From positions 99,395-163,394 of the IMG/VR virus record IMGVR_UViG_3300034198_008895: 64,000 nucleotides of DNA; one strand, 5' to 3'. Source of the stretch: a virus. How positions within the stretch are numbered: the first letter of the stretch is position 1; each line of letters starts with the position of its first letter. The notes under the pieces were generated by a model. The model did not search any database, was not told the origin of the DNA, and saw only the letters and a list, made by a program, of their open reading frames with translations. The translations under genes and the position numbers were made by a program. Below are positions 1 through 8,955 of the stretch, piece by piece.

Positions 1-55
1 AGGGCAACCACATAATTAACCCCCGGAGACCAGGAGGTCTCCGAGAGTTGTCCTT

Positions 56-703
56 TTAACCAAGGGAAATATTCAAATCTTGCAAACGCTGAACCATTTG
101 ATCATAGCGTAAATTAGCTTCTTGCAACTGTGTTGATAATGTTTTATGAACTGTAACCATATTAGTTCTGACTGTTTCACGAACCACATGTTCATCTGGC
201 GATACAAATTCGACATCGCCTATATTGACTTCTTTAATAGCCGGAACAACACCAAGTCGACTTTCAATAAAGTCAGCAAGATCAGAAAAGAAAACTGTCG
301 TATCTAAATCAGAAGGCAGTCTATTCATATCAAGAACAATCATTTTATTGATGTATTCTTTATTTGAAATATCTGCAATTGACTGAATATAGTTAATAGG
401 ACAACGACAGAATTTTGTTATACCCTGAATATCAACAAAAGAAAAAGAGATAATTGCTATTTCATCTCTAAGGTCTTTTTTATATTCTAATTCTGATAAC
501 CCAGCAGGAACATAGATTTCAGAAAAAGGATCACGAAGATCATTACGTATCATATCTCGCATAGAGATAATACTAATAACCTTCAGCTTAATAGTTAATG
601 AGTCCAGATTAAACTTATTCTTAAAATAAGTATTAATAGGTTCTTTAAAAGTAAAATAAGACTGCAACCCAACACTGGGTGTGTTTATAGTTACATCAGG
701 CAT
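56..703 (-). CDS. hypothetical protein, probable virion structural protein
   Basis: 215-aa ORF with GAGG RBS, followed by a hairpin at ~23-43; no recognisable motif. Confidence 0.5.
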   Translation of the reverse strand: MPDVTINTPSVGLQSYFTFKEPINTYFKNKFNLDSLTIKLKVISIISMRDMIRNDLRDPFSEIYVPAGLSELEYKKDLRDEIAIISFSFVDIQGITKFCRCPINYIQSIADISNKEYINKMIVLDMNRLPSDLDTTVFFSDLADFIESRLGVVPAIKEVNIGDVEFVSPDEHVVRETVRTNMVTVHKTLSTQLQEANLRYDQMVQRLQDLNISLG

Positions 704-756
704 GTTTATTCCTCAGTAATCGGTTAATCAAAAAATCTACTTTAAAACAAAATAAT

Positions 757-782
757 ACTCGGAGAGATAAATCTCTCCGAGT
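757..782 (-). terminator. intrinsic terminator-like hairpin
   Basis: ACTCGGAGAGA-TAAA-TCTCTCCGAGT, perfect 11-bp stem just after the stop of 788..2146. Confidence 0.65.
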
Positions 783-787
783 TTCTA

Positions 788-2131
788 TTACAGAGGAGCA
801 ACAGGTGTAGTTACTGCTAAACGAATAAACTCGTATTTAGGCAGTACATAGATCTGATGTTTATCCAAGAAGTATGATAAATAATTAACACCGTCACGAT
901 TAATGATGGTGAAACGATAACTGGTATTACCGATAAGGTTATTAAACAATTCAGTAGAGTTAGCACAGTTACAAACAGAGAGCATGCTTTCTAGCAGACT
1001 AACTAGATGTTGACTTCTAACAGACATGCGAGCAAAATCTGGATGTGTTGAAGTTACAGTAATAAAGTCACTAAAATAAGACTTAAAGTCCTGTAGACTA
1101 TCTTCGGAGTAGTAACCATTTGTGATATGCAACATTATATTGTTGTAATCAAATGGAACTGCGTAAGTATTATTTCTTAAGAAAGTCGTATTGTTGTAGA
1201 CTTTCACAAACTTATCAGTGTCAAATGTTTCATTGAAAGCTGAAGCAATCTGGCTAGCAATACTTGACTGACCAACTTGAGATGGAATAGCAATCTTGTC
1301 CCAACGCGGTGTGATAAAGAATTCATTAATATTCAGAATAGATGGGAATAGTTCTTCAACTGTTGTCCCAGGCATTCCGAGAGTATTGGTCATATAGCTG
1401 TATAATTCCAGCTTCAGAATGTAATCATAGTTACCTTGCAGACCGTAAATATTAAAAGCAAAGTAACAATTACGATAAATGTTCGTATTGGGAACACGAT
1501 AAGGAATATTTAAAATCTTTGTATAAGTTGTTGGACTTAGTGCTTTATTTTCTTCGATTCGTTCATTCAGAGTGAGCAAATCAAAGCTGTCCAGAGCAGA
1601 AATAAAGTTGCTAGGGTTATTGACAATCGAAGCATAATTTTCAAATGGTAAGATGATACTAATATCGTATTCGGGATAGAACGTTCTGAAGATAGAATCA
1701 CTCAACCAAATTTCACAATTAATATCATTGATAATAAACGAAAGATAGTCAACAGAACGAATCAAATTAACATCGACTGTGTTATTATAAACAAGATTAC
1801 CGACAGGAGTAGTTGGGTTAGCTTGGTTAAATTCACTAGTGAAAGCAATAATAACTTGTTGCTTTGTTGTGATTTGAGTTGTTGACAAAAATGAAGATAA
1901 CGACGTAACGACATTAATAACATCATTAACTTCATTTTGGGATAATGATGTTAGATCTGTTGCACTAAATAAAAAAAGAGAGTATAATGGATTTGTTGTA
2001 GAGAAATACTGTTGTTTGTTTTTAGAATAAGTTAGGGCTATATCGGAAAGTTCATATAGTGGCGACACTACGCTGCTAGTATTATCGATAAAGTTATCAC
2101 TTGTGATAAACGCTTTTATTTCTTTAGACAT
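788..2131 (-). CDS. hypothetical protein, probable virion structural protein
   Basis: ~447-aa ORF; ATG at 2131 follows a GAAGGA RBS; N/S/T-rich; no enzymatic motif. Confidence 0.5.
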   Translation of the reverse strand: MSKEIKAFITSDNFIDNTSSVVSPLYELSDIALTYSKNKQQYFSTTNPLYSLFLFSATDLTSLSQNEVNDVINVVTSLSSFLSTTQITTKQQVIIAFTSEFNQANPTTPVGNLVYNNTVDVNLIRSVDYLSFIINDINCEIWLSDSIFRTFYPEYDISIILPFENYASIVNNPSNFISALDSFDLLTLNERIEENKALSPTTYTKILNIPYRVPNTNIYRNCYFAFNIYGLQGNYDYILKLELYSYMTNTLGMPGTTVEELFPSILNINEFFITPRWDKIAIPSQVGQSSIASQIASAFNETFDTDKFVKVYNNTTFLRNNTYAVPFDYNNIMLHITNGYYSEDSLQDFKSYFSDFITVTSTHPDFARMSVRSQHLVSLLESMLSVCNCANSTELFNNLIGNTSYRFTIINRDGVNYLSYFLDKHQIYVLPKYEFIRLAVTTPVAPL

Positions 2132-2186
2132 ATTAAATTCCTTCAAAAGTCAATTAGTCAAAAAATCTATTAAAAGGAGATAGCCC

Positions 2187-2444
2187 ATGTACTTCAAAAT
2201 TTTAGAAGCTTTCATCCTAAAGACCTTGTTCAATAAGGGTGAATATAACATTACCAGTAAAGAGTTTAACCCTATTAAGTTCTTTACTATTCTTCTCTTG
2301 GTTGTTAATGTTGTCTTTACTTTTTATTTGTTAACTCAAATGAGTAAAGTTCACGATGTTATTCAAGAGAAATGTCCGCAAATTTTCACAGAAAAAAAAG
2401 AACCTGTGAAAGATATAAAGAAAGTAACAGATAAGAAGACCTAG
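2187..2444 (+). CDS. small single-pass membrane protein
   Basis: AGGAG RBS; hydrophobic FFTILLLVVNVVFTFYLL segment. Confidence 0.6.
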   Translation: MYFKILEAFILKTLFNKGEYNITSKEFNPIKFFTILLLVVNVVFTFYLLTQMSKVHDVIQEKCPQIFTEKKEPVKDIKKVTDKKT

Positions 2445-2461
2445 GTTTTCCTAGGTCTTCT
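2434..2461. terminator. bidirectional terminator hairpin between convergent genes
   Basis: AGAAGACCTAGG-TTTT-CCTAGGTCTTCT. Confidence 0.65.
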
Positions 2462-2470
2462 TTCTGCGTT

Positions 2471-2959
2471 TTATTGAAATACTGATAGTTGATATTTCGA
2501 TTCTTGGTTGGAATAACTTAGATTGAAATACATCATTTGTTTTTCCTCCGGAACCTCTGGAAGATCTTCTACCAGTTCTATACATCCTTCTACTCCGTGG
2601 ATGATAAGTTTTTTACCGTCCTTGGAAAAACACTTATTATTATACCCATTCACTAAGAAAGTGATATAATGGATACCAGTCAGTGTCTTCGCGGAGCGGA
2701 TATTTCTTTCAGTGAACTTCTTATACTGATAATACAATTCATTAAAGAGTGGGCTACCCATGAACTCTTTAATTGCTTTCTGTTCTATATACTCGTAGCA
2801 CTTGGCCTTTAAATCTTTAAACTTAATGTCAGGGTTCTTAATAAGAACATCTAGAGAGTAATTATAAATAACCAGATGGTTTAAAAAGCATTTACGCAGA
2901 TACTCATCAAGCTGATCCTGAACAATGACATCAGCCTGATATAGGTTTTGCCTTTTCAT
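2471..2959 (-). CDS. hypothetical protein
   Basis: 162-aa ORF, start overlaps the upstream stop (ATGA). Confidence 0.6.
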   Translation of the reverse strand: MKRQNLYQADVIVQDQLDEYLRKCFLNHLVIYNYSLDVLIKNPDIKFKDLKAKCYEYIEQKAIKEFMGSPLFNELYYQYKKFTERNIRSAKTLTGIHYITFLVNGYNNKCFSKDGKKLIIHGVEGCIELVEDLPEVPEEKQMMYFNLSYSNQESKYQLSVFQ

Positions 2960-3315
2960 GCTTCCTCATTTTCAGCGTAGTCAGTCGTAAAAAGATTGAT
3001 TGTTTCATCGACTGTTACCTCGACATCACGGATAGTTGTAATCGTGACAGAGAACTTTACACGCTTAACGTTAAGTATTCTCAAGAACTTAAAGAATACC
3101 TTAATAGTCATGCGATTCTTGGTCAGTTCATTGTTAATGTTTACTTTAGCGAAGTTGGTTCTAGGACCTGGTGTATTCGCAAAGATATTATTAACAAACC
3201 TGTCAACATGTGTTCTTAAGGCACCTGGAGAGATACCTAATGATTCACATATACGAAGTTTCAAACGCATTAACACCCCTTCCGGGGTATCGGGAATATC
3301 TTTCAATCGCTGCAT
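2956..3315 (-). CDS. hypothetical protein, possible DNA-binding protein
   Basis: 119 aa, AGGAG RBS, basic helical C-terminal half. Confidence 0.6.
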   Translation of the reverse strand: MQRLKDIPDTPEGVLMRLKLRICESLGISPGALRTHVDRFVNNIFANTPGPRTNFAKVNINNELTKNRMTIKVFFKFLRILNVKRVKFSVTITTIRDVEVTVDETINLFTTDYAENEEA

Positions 3316-3339
3316 GCAGCGCTCCTTTTCTTTTCAGAA

Positions 3340-3888
3340 CTAGAAAACATATATCATTAAGCCATGAGGCGTAAGCTCCAAGTACATAATGACATTGCTA
3401 TTTGGGTCATCACGTTGAATGATGTTGAAGACTAGATTCTCTTCCACTGCACAGAAAATGGTTTCCATGGCGTCAAAGATCTCTTCCATGTGTTCATGTG
3501 CTTCAGGAACACCGATAAGATTAGCTAGCCGATTATACATATCCTCGTAGAAGTAACCTTTAAAACGAGATTTCTCGAATGAGGATTGACAGAATATAAT
3601 GTCATAAATATCAGCAACAAACACATTGCTTCTATCTATCTGTAATTTACTTCGAGAACTTAGATCTCGAAAGATATTTTCTGCTTCATAGTACGAGACA
3701 TGAGAGTTCTCGTCACGAAGGTTAGCATAGTAAGTTGTATAAACACTAAACATGCTATAAATAAAATTCGTTAGAGTATAATCATAACGATGAATGATAT
3801 TAAGTATAATGTCTCTTACCTTGTCTTCCAGAGTTAGTCTGTTAACTATTTCATGAACTACATGGTCATTGAGGATAAAAAGCCTCAT
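3340..3888 (-). CDS. hypothetical protein (early cluster)
   Basis: 182 aa, overlaps neighbours in an operon-like chain. Confidence 0.6.
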   Translation of the reverse strand: MRLFILNDHVVHEIVNRLTLEDKVRDIILNIIHRYDYTLTNFIYSMFSVYTTYYANLRDENSHVSYYEAENIFRDLSSRSKLQIDRSNVFVADIYDIIFCQSSFEKSRFKGYFYEDMYNRLANLIGVPEAHEHMEEIFDAMETIFCAVEENLVFNIIQRDDPNSNVIMYLELTPHGLMIYVF

Positions 3889-4462
3889 TCATGTTCCTCT
3901 CAGAGTAAAAGAGCAAAGGCCTACAGTATTGGTCTAGCTCGAACTTGTAATACTTGAAACAGATATTCCGAACTAATTCATAGACAGCTTGGAACAACCT
4001 CATCAAGACTTGGTTATACTGCATCACGTTTCTGCAATACATATCAGTCATGATATGCTGAAGCCGTACAATAACTATATCTGTTACTGAATCTAGTTCC
4101 TCTGCATTGACATTAAAGTACTTACCAAGCACTTCAGAAATCTGACTAGCGTAGAAACAATTCACAAAGATATCTTGCCACAATTGATTATTTTGAACCA
4201 ATATAACAAAGTTATTAATGCTGGAACTCGTGATATACTTCATCACATTGTCTAACCATATTTTATTTATAATAGAAATTGTAACTTGACGTAGTTCTTT
4301 ATGAAAATCAGAATCATACATCGTACTTATATCTGTTTGAAGTTCTTGACAAATATCAAACATAATTAATTTAAGGTATTGTTCATACGTTTCCGAAATG
4401 AACTCTCTTCTTAACTCATGATACAGTTCTTTGTTTATATCACCCATCAACGCAAGTTTCAT
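3866..4462 (-). CDS. hypothetical protein (early cluster)
   Basis: 198 aa, GGAGAAGAG RBS. Confidence 0.6.
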   Translation of the reverse strand: MKLALMGDINKELYHELRREFISETYEQYLKLIMFDICQELQTDISTMYDSDFHKELRQVTISIINKIWLDNVMKYITSSSINNFVILVQNNQLWQDIFVNCFYASQISEVLGKYFNVNAEELDSVTDIVIVRLQHIMTDMYCRNVMQYNQVLMRLFQAVYELVRNICFKYYKFELDQYCRPLLFYSERNMNEAFYPQ

Positions 4463-4470
4463 CTCTTCTC

Positions 4471-4860
4471 CTATTTCTGGAAAAATTCATATGTGATCAA
4501 AAGTGTATCGCAATTGACCAACATACTGTTTATGTTTAGAGACCCTACAGCAGCATAGTTACTCATATAGAATTCATGAATAACTTCTTCAATACTTCTG
4601 GTTAAGATATGATTCAAACCAAGAAGCGCTGTTCTTAAATGCGGAAGAACAGTCAGATGTTCAACAGTGTTAAATGCATGATCTATCTTTGCTGTTACAT
4701 AATCATACCGAACATCCATAGCTGGATAATGAGCGTCAGTCATGATTTTCTTAGCAATATAACAAATGAATGATTCGAGATACTCTCGCATTGCTATCCC
4801 GTCACTCATTGTGGTAATATTAAGTTTATCTAATTTCAGGAATATGCTACGGCTGTACAT
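4471..4860 (-). CDS. hypothetical protein (early cluster)
   Basis: 129 aa, AGGA RBS. Confidence 0.6.
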   Translation of the reverse strand: MYSRSIFLKLDKLNITTMSDGIAMREYLESFICYIAKKIMTDAHYPAMDVRYDYVTAKIDHAFNTVEHLTVLPHLRTALLGLNHILTRSIEEVIHEFYMSNYAAVGSLNINSMLVNCDTLLITYEFFQK

Positions 4861-5260
4861 TAGCGTTTATCCTGTCCAATCTCTTATTGTAGATTACCAG
4901 GTAACCTTCGTCAGAGATTGTTAGACTATAAACATTAATATGATTGTTCGAATGTTTTTGTTGAATAAACTCTTCTATATATAGACTCACGTCCATATAT
5001 AGAGGTAGTTCTTGAATGATATTAAGTTCGGTTAGGATCTCTTCTAAGCTAAGCCGCTTATTGGCGATATACAGGAAAAACTGATTGTAGCTGCTATCTT
5101 CAAAGATGGTGTTACGCAGCGCATCATAATTCATGTAGTTATAGATGCAGATGTTTGCAACAAGCATACGATAAAACATATCACGATACTTAAAATATTG
5201 ACTATTCATTTCTCGTTTTATATTATTAACGTTAACTTTTAATGAGTCGGTTCTCATCAA
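4847..5260 (-). CDS. hypothetical protein (early cluster)
   Basis: 137 aa, AGGGG RBS, downstream of the promoter motif at 5325. Confidence 0.6.
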   Translation of the reverse strand: MMRTDSLKVNVNNIKREMNSQYFKYRDMFYRMLVANICIYNYMNYDALRNTIFEDSSYNQFFLYIANKRLSLEEILTELNIIQELPLYMDVSLYIEEFIQQKHSNNHINVYSLTISDEGYLVIYNKRLDRINANVQP

Positions 5261-5321
5261 TTTCCCCTTAGTTATACAGACTATTTAGCGAAAATTAAGA
5301 TTTTAATAATGCTAGTACAGA

Positions 5322-5351
5322 TACTATATATGTGTTTGAAATACATCCCAA
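5322..5351 (-). promoter_or_regulatory. early-type phage promoter (CATATATA motif)
   Basis: TATATATG at 5325-5332 on the + strand; one of 12 copies, all upstream of minus-strand genes. Confidence 0.55.
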
Positions 5352-5400
5352 ACAAAAAAAAAAACAACACTTGTGTATGTTGTTTTTGATCGTATTTTTC

Positions 5401-5610
5401 TTAGCAACGATCATTGCTGTTATACGCAACATCTACGAGATCACCGTTACCGGCAATGGTGATACAAACATCACCTTCGTAGATATGCAGATATGAATCA
5501 TCGCCTGCCAACATTTCCGGAGGGTATTGTTTTAACAACAGTTCCATCCGTTGATCTGAAGACATGGCTTCGTACCGCGCCTTGGCAATGTCAAGTTGAT
5601 TGACGTACAT
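5401..5610 (-). CDS. hypothetical protein
   Basis: 69 aa with strong AGGAGG RBS. Confidence 0.6.
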   Translation of the reverse strand: MYVNQLDIAKARYEAMSSDQRMELLLKQYPPEMLAGDDSYLHIYEGDVCITIAGNGDLVDVAYNSNDRC

Positions 5611-5624
5611 ATAACCTCCTTCTC

Positions 5625-5891
5625 TTAGTTCTGGTAACCCATCTTGCGAAAGACTGCGTTACGCATAGTGTTAATGACGGTTGCGTCACGGCACACTTTC
5701 CAGGCAGCATTAAAACTACCTTCAGTTGCAAACAATGCAGTAGCCAGGTTACGGTCATAACCAAGTTCAACTGCACATTCGATATTTTGCTCACAGGCTT
5801 TAGCAGCGTTAATACGAGATTGCTCAGCTTGTGCAAAAATTTGAGATGCCAGATTGTTTTGAATCTGGTTAGTCATCGTGATACCAAACAT
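5625..5891 (-). CDS. hypothetical protein
   Basis: ATG at 5891 after GAGGAG RBS; first gene after the promoter motif at 5938. Confidence 0.6.
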   Translation of the reverse strand: MFGITMTNQIQNNLASQIFAQAEQSRINAAKACEQNIECAVELGYDRNLATALFATEGSFNAAWKVCRDATVINTMRNAVFRKMGYQN

Positions 5892-5934
5892 GATTTTCTC
5901 CTCGCTCACTTAAGAGCATTAAATTAATGTCACC

Positions 5935-5964
5935 TATTATATATGTAACTGAAGAAAATTCAAA
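5935..5964 (-). promoter_or_regulatory. early-type phage promoter
   Basis: minus strand TTTGAATTTTCTTCAGTTACATATATAAT. Confidence 0.65.
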
Positions 5965-5967
5965 GAC

Positions 5968-6002
5968 AAAAAAAGAAGAAGGACCCGAAGGTCCTTCTTC
6001 TT
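5968..6002 (-). terminator. intrinsic terminator with C(UUCG)G tetraloop
   Basis: minus strand AAGAAGAAGGACC-TTCG-GGTCCTTCTTCTT then a U-tract. Confidence 0.75.
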
Positions 6003-7008
6003 AAACTTTCACTGTGACAGGCTCAGGATTGAATACACGAATATACTCATCATCACGCAAGAGCATGAAACGAGAATCTCCGATCCTCACACTAAGACTT
6101 GTGATATCACCTTGTAAAGCCTGATTGAGATTTTGCAAAACATCACCGGTCAAATCGATATCATGAACTTTCTTAAAGTATTCACGAATGACAAACAATC
6201 GATTACCTGGAGAAAGATTGATAAAGTCATTCAGTTTCCATTCGCCTGACAGAATGTTAATAGACAGGTTAGGAGCTGAAGCTTCGTCGACCAACTTACG
6301 AACACCAGTAACACTTTCAATAAAACCACGCAGATTAAAGCGATGGTTGATCATTGGCATAATATTGTTACGGATATAAGTGAGATCGAGCGACTCCATG
6401 TTATGTAATTCTTCGCAGGTTAAAAACTCAACCGGGTTATACCGAGCATAGTCTAAAACCACAGAACGATCAATACCCAAGAAAGGACGACCAACATCAC
6501 GTTTAATTCCGTTGTTATCATACGTTGTTAAGAAAGTAGAACCACGAAGTCCGTTAGGATTGCTACCATTCAACAAACGAAGAAGAAAAGTTTCAACCAT
6601 CGTGTCTGTTGTATCAGGCAACAAAATAAGATCGATGTCTTCTGATTTGAAAATCAAGTCGGTATAAACTTCGTGAACATTGTCAGGAAACATGACAGAA
6701 TGAGCTTTGGTGTTACAGACCTGCATCGTGATCTTACAGCCGTATTCTTCTGCCTTTTTAAGCGCGATGTCATCGGCATCCTTGGCACGCGAAAAATCCG
6801 CATAACTCAAATACAGGATGTGAAGCTCATAATTCATCGTGTCCTTAAATTTGGACGCAATATCCAAAAGAACAGAGCTATCAGTGCCAGACGTATATAG
6901 AACACCGACCTTGATTCGTTTACCATTAAGATTCTTGTTATAGTTATAACCGGCAACGAAGTTCTTGAATTGTTCTTCAGCCAAATGCAAACCATTTTCA
7001 AACATCAT
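6001..7008 (-). CDS. TilS/MesJ-like PP-loop protein (tRNA-Ile lysidine synthetase-like, divergent)
   Basis: VLYTSGTDSSVLL (PP-loop SGGxDS-like), ETFLLRLLNGSNPNGLRG, RPFLGIDRSVVLDY, YIRNNIMP match the TilS N-terminal motif order. Confidence 0.7.
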   Translation of the reverse strand: MMFENGLHLAEEQFKNFVAGYNYNKNLNGKRIKVGVLYTSGTDSSVLLDIASKFKDTMNYELHILYLSYADFSRAKDADDIALKKAEEYGCKITMQVCNTKAHSVMFPDNVHEVYTDLIFKSEDIDLILLPDTTDTMVETFLLRLLNGSNPNGLRGSTFLTTYDNNGIKRDVGRPFLGIDRSVVLDYARYNPVEFLTCEELHNMESLDLTYIRNNIMPMINHRFNLRGFIESVTGVRKLVDEASAPNLSINILSGEWKLNDFINLSPGNRLFVIREYFKKVHDIDLTGDVLQNLNQALQGDITSLSVRIGDSRFMLLRDDEYIRVFNPEPVTVKV

Positions 7009-7023
7009 TTTGATTCCCCTTGA

Positions 7024-7560
7024 TTAATAGAAGTGATGACCTTCGAATGCCAGAAGAAGTTTTTTATCTTTCAAGTATTCGGGTTGTGAAACTTTTTTCG
7101 GAGCATAGTAAAATTTGGCCGGAATAGATGGTTTAAAGTTACCCATCTGAAAACGCCACACAATCTGATGCGCCCAAGCTAACATTTCTTTATCACGCTG
7201 TCGGACAGTTTGACTAGACATGATTTCTTCTGTATTCAAGCAACTGAACTGTTTGTTCTTAGTTGCTGCTTGATACAAACCATCCAAAGTCTTTTCCTTG
7301 GCACGGTTATAAATAACTGACATGACAAGATCCATAGACTTACGAGAAGTACGATTTTCACACCAAATAGTCTCTGCTATTTTTCTGGCTTTCATTGCTG
7401 TATCGTCTTTTTGTCGAAGATTATTGTCTTGTTTTAGATTGAGCTGTTCTGATGATTGAGGGACATTGTTAAGATTCTCATAAGCAAACAAACCAAGCAG
7501 AAGCATGATAATAATAGCAACTGCGTTAATTACAGAGCGATATAGTTTCTTTGGTTCCAT
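7024..7560 (-). CDS. SleB/Hydrolase_2-family cell wall hydrolase with N-terminal membrane anchor
   Basis: IAETIWCENR (catalytic Glu), VIYNRA, QFSCLN, C-terminal GHHFY; N-terminal TM helix. Confidence 0.75.
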   Translation of the reverse strand: MEPKKLYRSVINAVAIIIMLLLGLFAYENLNNVPQSSEQLNLKQDNNLRQKDDTAMKARKIAETIWCENRTSRKSMDLVMSVIYNRAKEKTLDGLYQAATKNKQFSCLNTEEIMSSQTVRQRDKEMLAWAHQIVWRFQMGNFKPSIPAKFYYAPKKVSQPEYLKDKKLLLAFEGHHFY

Positions 7561-7590
7561 TTTTTTAAACTCCTAGTTAATAATGTCAAA

Positions 7591-7620
7591 TTTTATATAT
7601 GTAATCAAATAAAAATCAAA
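7591..7620 (-). promoter_or_regulatory. early-type phage promoter
   Basis: TATATATG at 7594-7601 and ATCAAA at 7615-7620 on the + strand. Confidence 0.6.
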
Positions 7621-7653
7621 ACTAGGAAGGGAATAACCCTTCCTAGTCTTTAA

Positions 7654-7821
7654 TTATTTTTTACGCTTAGAGTTTTTCTCTTTAGAAGACTCTTTGTATT
7701 TTATCTCTCCGGTGTAACTCTTACCATCAAGATAACAAATATGCATATATCGATCTTTATCAATTTTCTTAGTTACTACTTTGCCACCGTTCTTAACACA
7801 GTTAAGGAAGTCTTTAGGCAT
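7654..7821 (-). CDS. small basic protein (55 aa; not in the ORF track)
   Basis: translated by hand: MPKDFLNCVKNGGKVVTKKIDKDRYMHICYLDGKSYTGEIKYKESSKEKNSKRKK; fills the gap and is followed by the hairpin at 7621-7647. Confidence 0.55.
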   Translation of the reverse strand: MPKDFLNCVKNGGKVVTKKIDKDRYMHICYLDGKSYTGEIKYKESSKEKNSKRKK

Positions 7822-7826
7822 AATAG

Positions 7827-8276
7827 TTACATCAGATAAGTATGGCTACCATAAACCTGTACAACGGTCTTAGTTCGCGCAAATGTAGGTCGGACCAATT
7901 TATGATTGTAAAAGTATCGCGCTCGAGTTATAGGACTTTGTTCATTAGTGATAAAATCACAAACTAAGTCATAAGCCTCTGAGTACTTAACATTATCAAT
8001 CTTCTTAACACCAGTCTTCATATTGAAGCAGTAATATTGATTCTTCTTGGCTACTTCAGCGTGAAGTAACCCAACATTATGACTTTGTGCTCTATTGTAA
8101 ATTGTAGACATTACCAGCATCATTGCTGTCTCATCAGTTTTGTCTTCACAATAAACAACGAATGCTATGTCATTGAGTTTCTTTTCAAGTTTAGCGTCTG
8201 TGTAGCATTTAGCCTCAGCAAGACTAGGAATGATTGCCACAAGAATACTAAAAATTGCATAAATAATTTTGTTCAT
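7827..8276 (-). CDS. SleB/Hydrolase_2-family cell wall hydrolase paralog with signal peptide
   Basis: IAFVVYCEDK, TIYNRA, QYYCFN, YFYNHK, GSHTY; signal peptide ending in AEA. Confidence 0.7.
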   Translation of the reverse strand: MNKIIYAIFSILVAIIPSLAEAKCYTDAKLEKKLNDIAFVVYCEDKTDETAMMLVMSTIYNRAQSHNVGLLHAEVAKKNQYYCFNMKTGVKKIDNVKYSEAYDLVCDFITNEQSPITRARYFYNHKLVRPTFARTKTVVQVYGSHTYLM

Positions 8277-8368
8277 TAAGGGCTCCTTTCTTTGGAAAAG
8301 TAGGTTAATTGAAAAAATATATATCCGGTTATCGTATGAAATCTATCAATCCAAAAAGGATATTAAAC

Positions 8369-8953
8369 ATGACTACCTCTAAAAAGCTGTATGAGCCTGG
8401 TGAAGAAATAGTGATTGATGTTAAACATAGTGAAGAGGTACCAGCCGAAGCTGTTCAAGAACAACAAACAGCACAACCTGTTTCACTAGGAAACGACCAG
8501 TTATTCGAAAACATTAAGGGTATCTTTGCCGAAGAAAAAATGATTGTTCGTAAAGATACTTATTTTACACCAGCTAAGGGTGTAATCGAATTAAATATTG
8601 ACGGCTCGATTTTCATGCCGAGCAGCACCATCCTTCTTCAACCTAGAAAGTTTGAAGAATTATATCTCAAAGAACTTGAGTCCATTATTTATAACTCTAA
8701 GGAGCAGCTTGATACTGACAAGCTTTTGCCACTGATCATTTTGTTCAGTCATATTAACAAAAAGAACTACCCTATTCGGATAGTTAGTGGCAATTATCGA
8801 AAACTGCTCTCTAAAGTATGTAGTGTTTTAAATAACTTTTTAAATAAAAATTATACGGTTATCCGTAGTATCTATGAGAGTTTCAATAGTATCAAAGATA
8901 CTGAAGAAGAACAAAATGATATTCGCAAGCAACACGAATCTCAGCTGAGGTAA
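8369..8953 (+). CDS. hypothetical protein
   Basis: ATG at 8369 after AAGGA; runs directly into the RNase H gene. Confidence 0.55.
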   Translation: MTTSKKLYEPGEEIVIDVKHSEEVPAEAVQEQQTAQPVSLGNDQLFENIKGIFAEEKMIVRKDTYFTPAKGVIELNIDGSIFMPSSTILLQPRKFEELYLKELESIIYNSKEQLDTDKLLPLIILFSHINKKNYPIRIVSGNYRKLLSKVCSVLNNFLNKNYTVIRSIYESFNSIKDTEEEQNDIRKQHESQLR

Positions 8954-8955
8954 TT

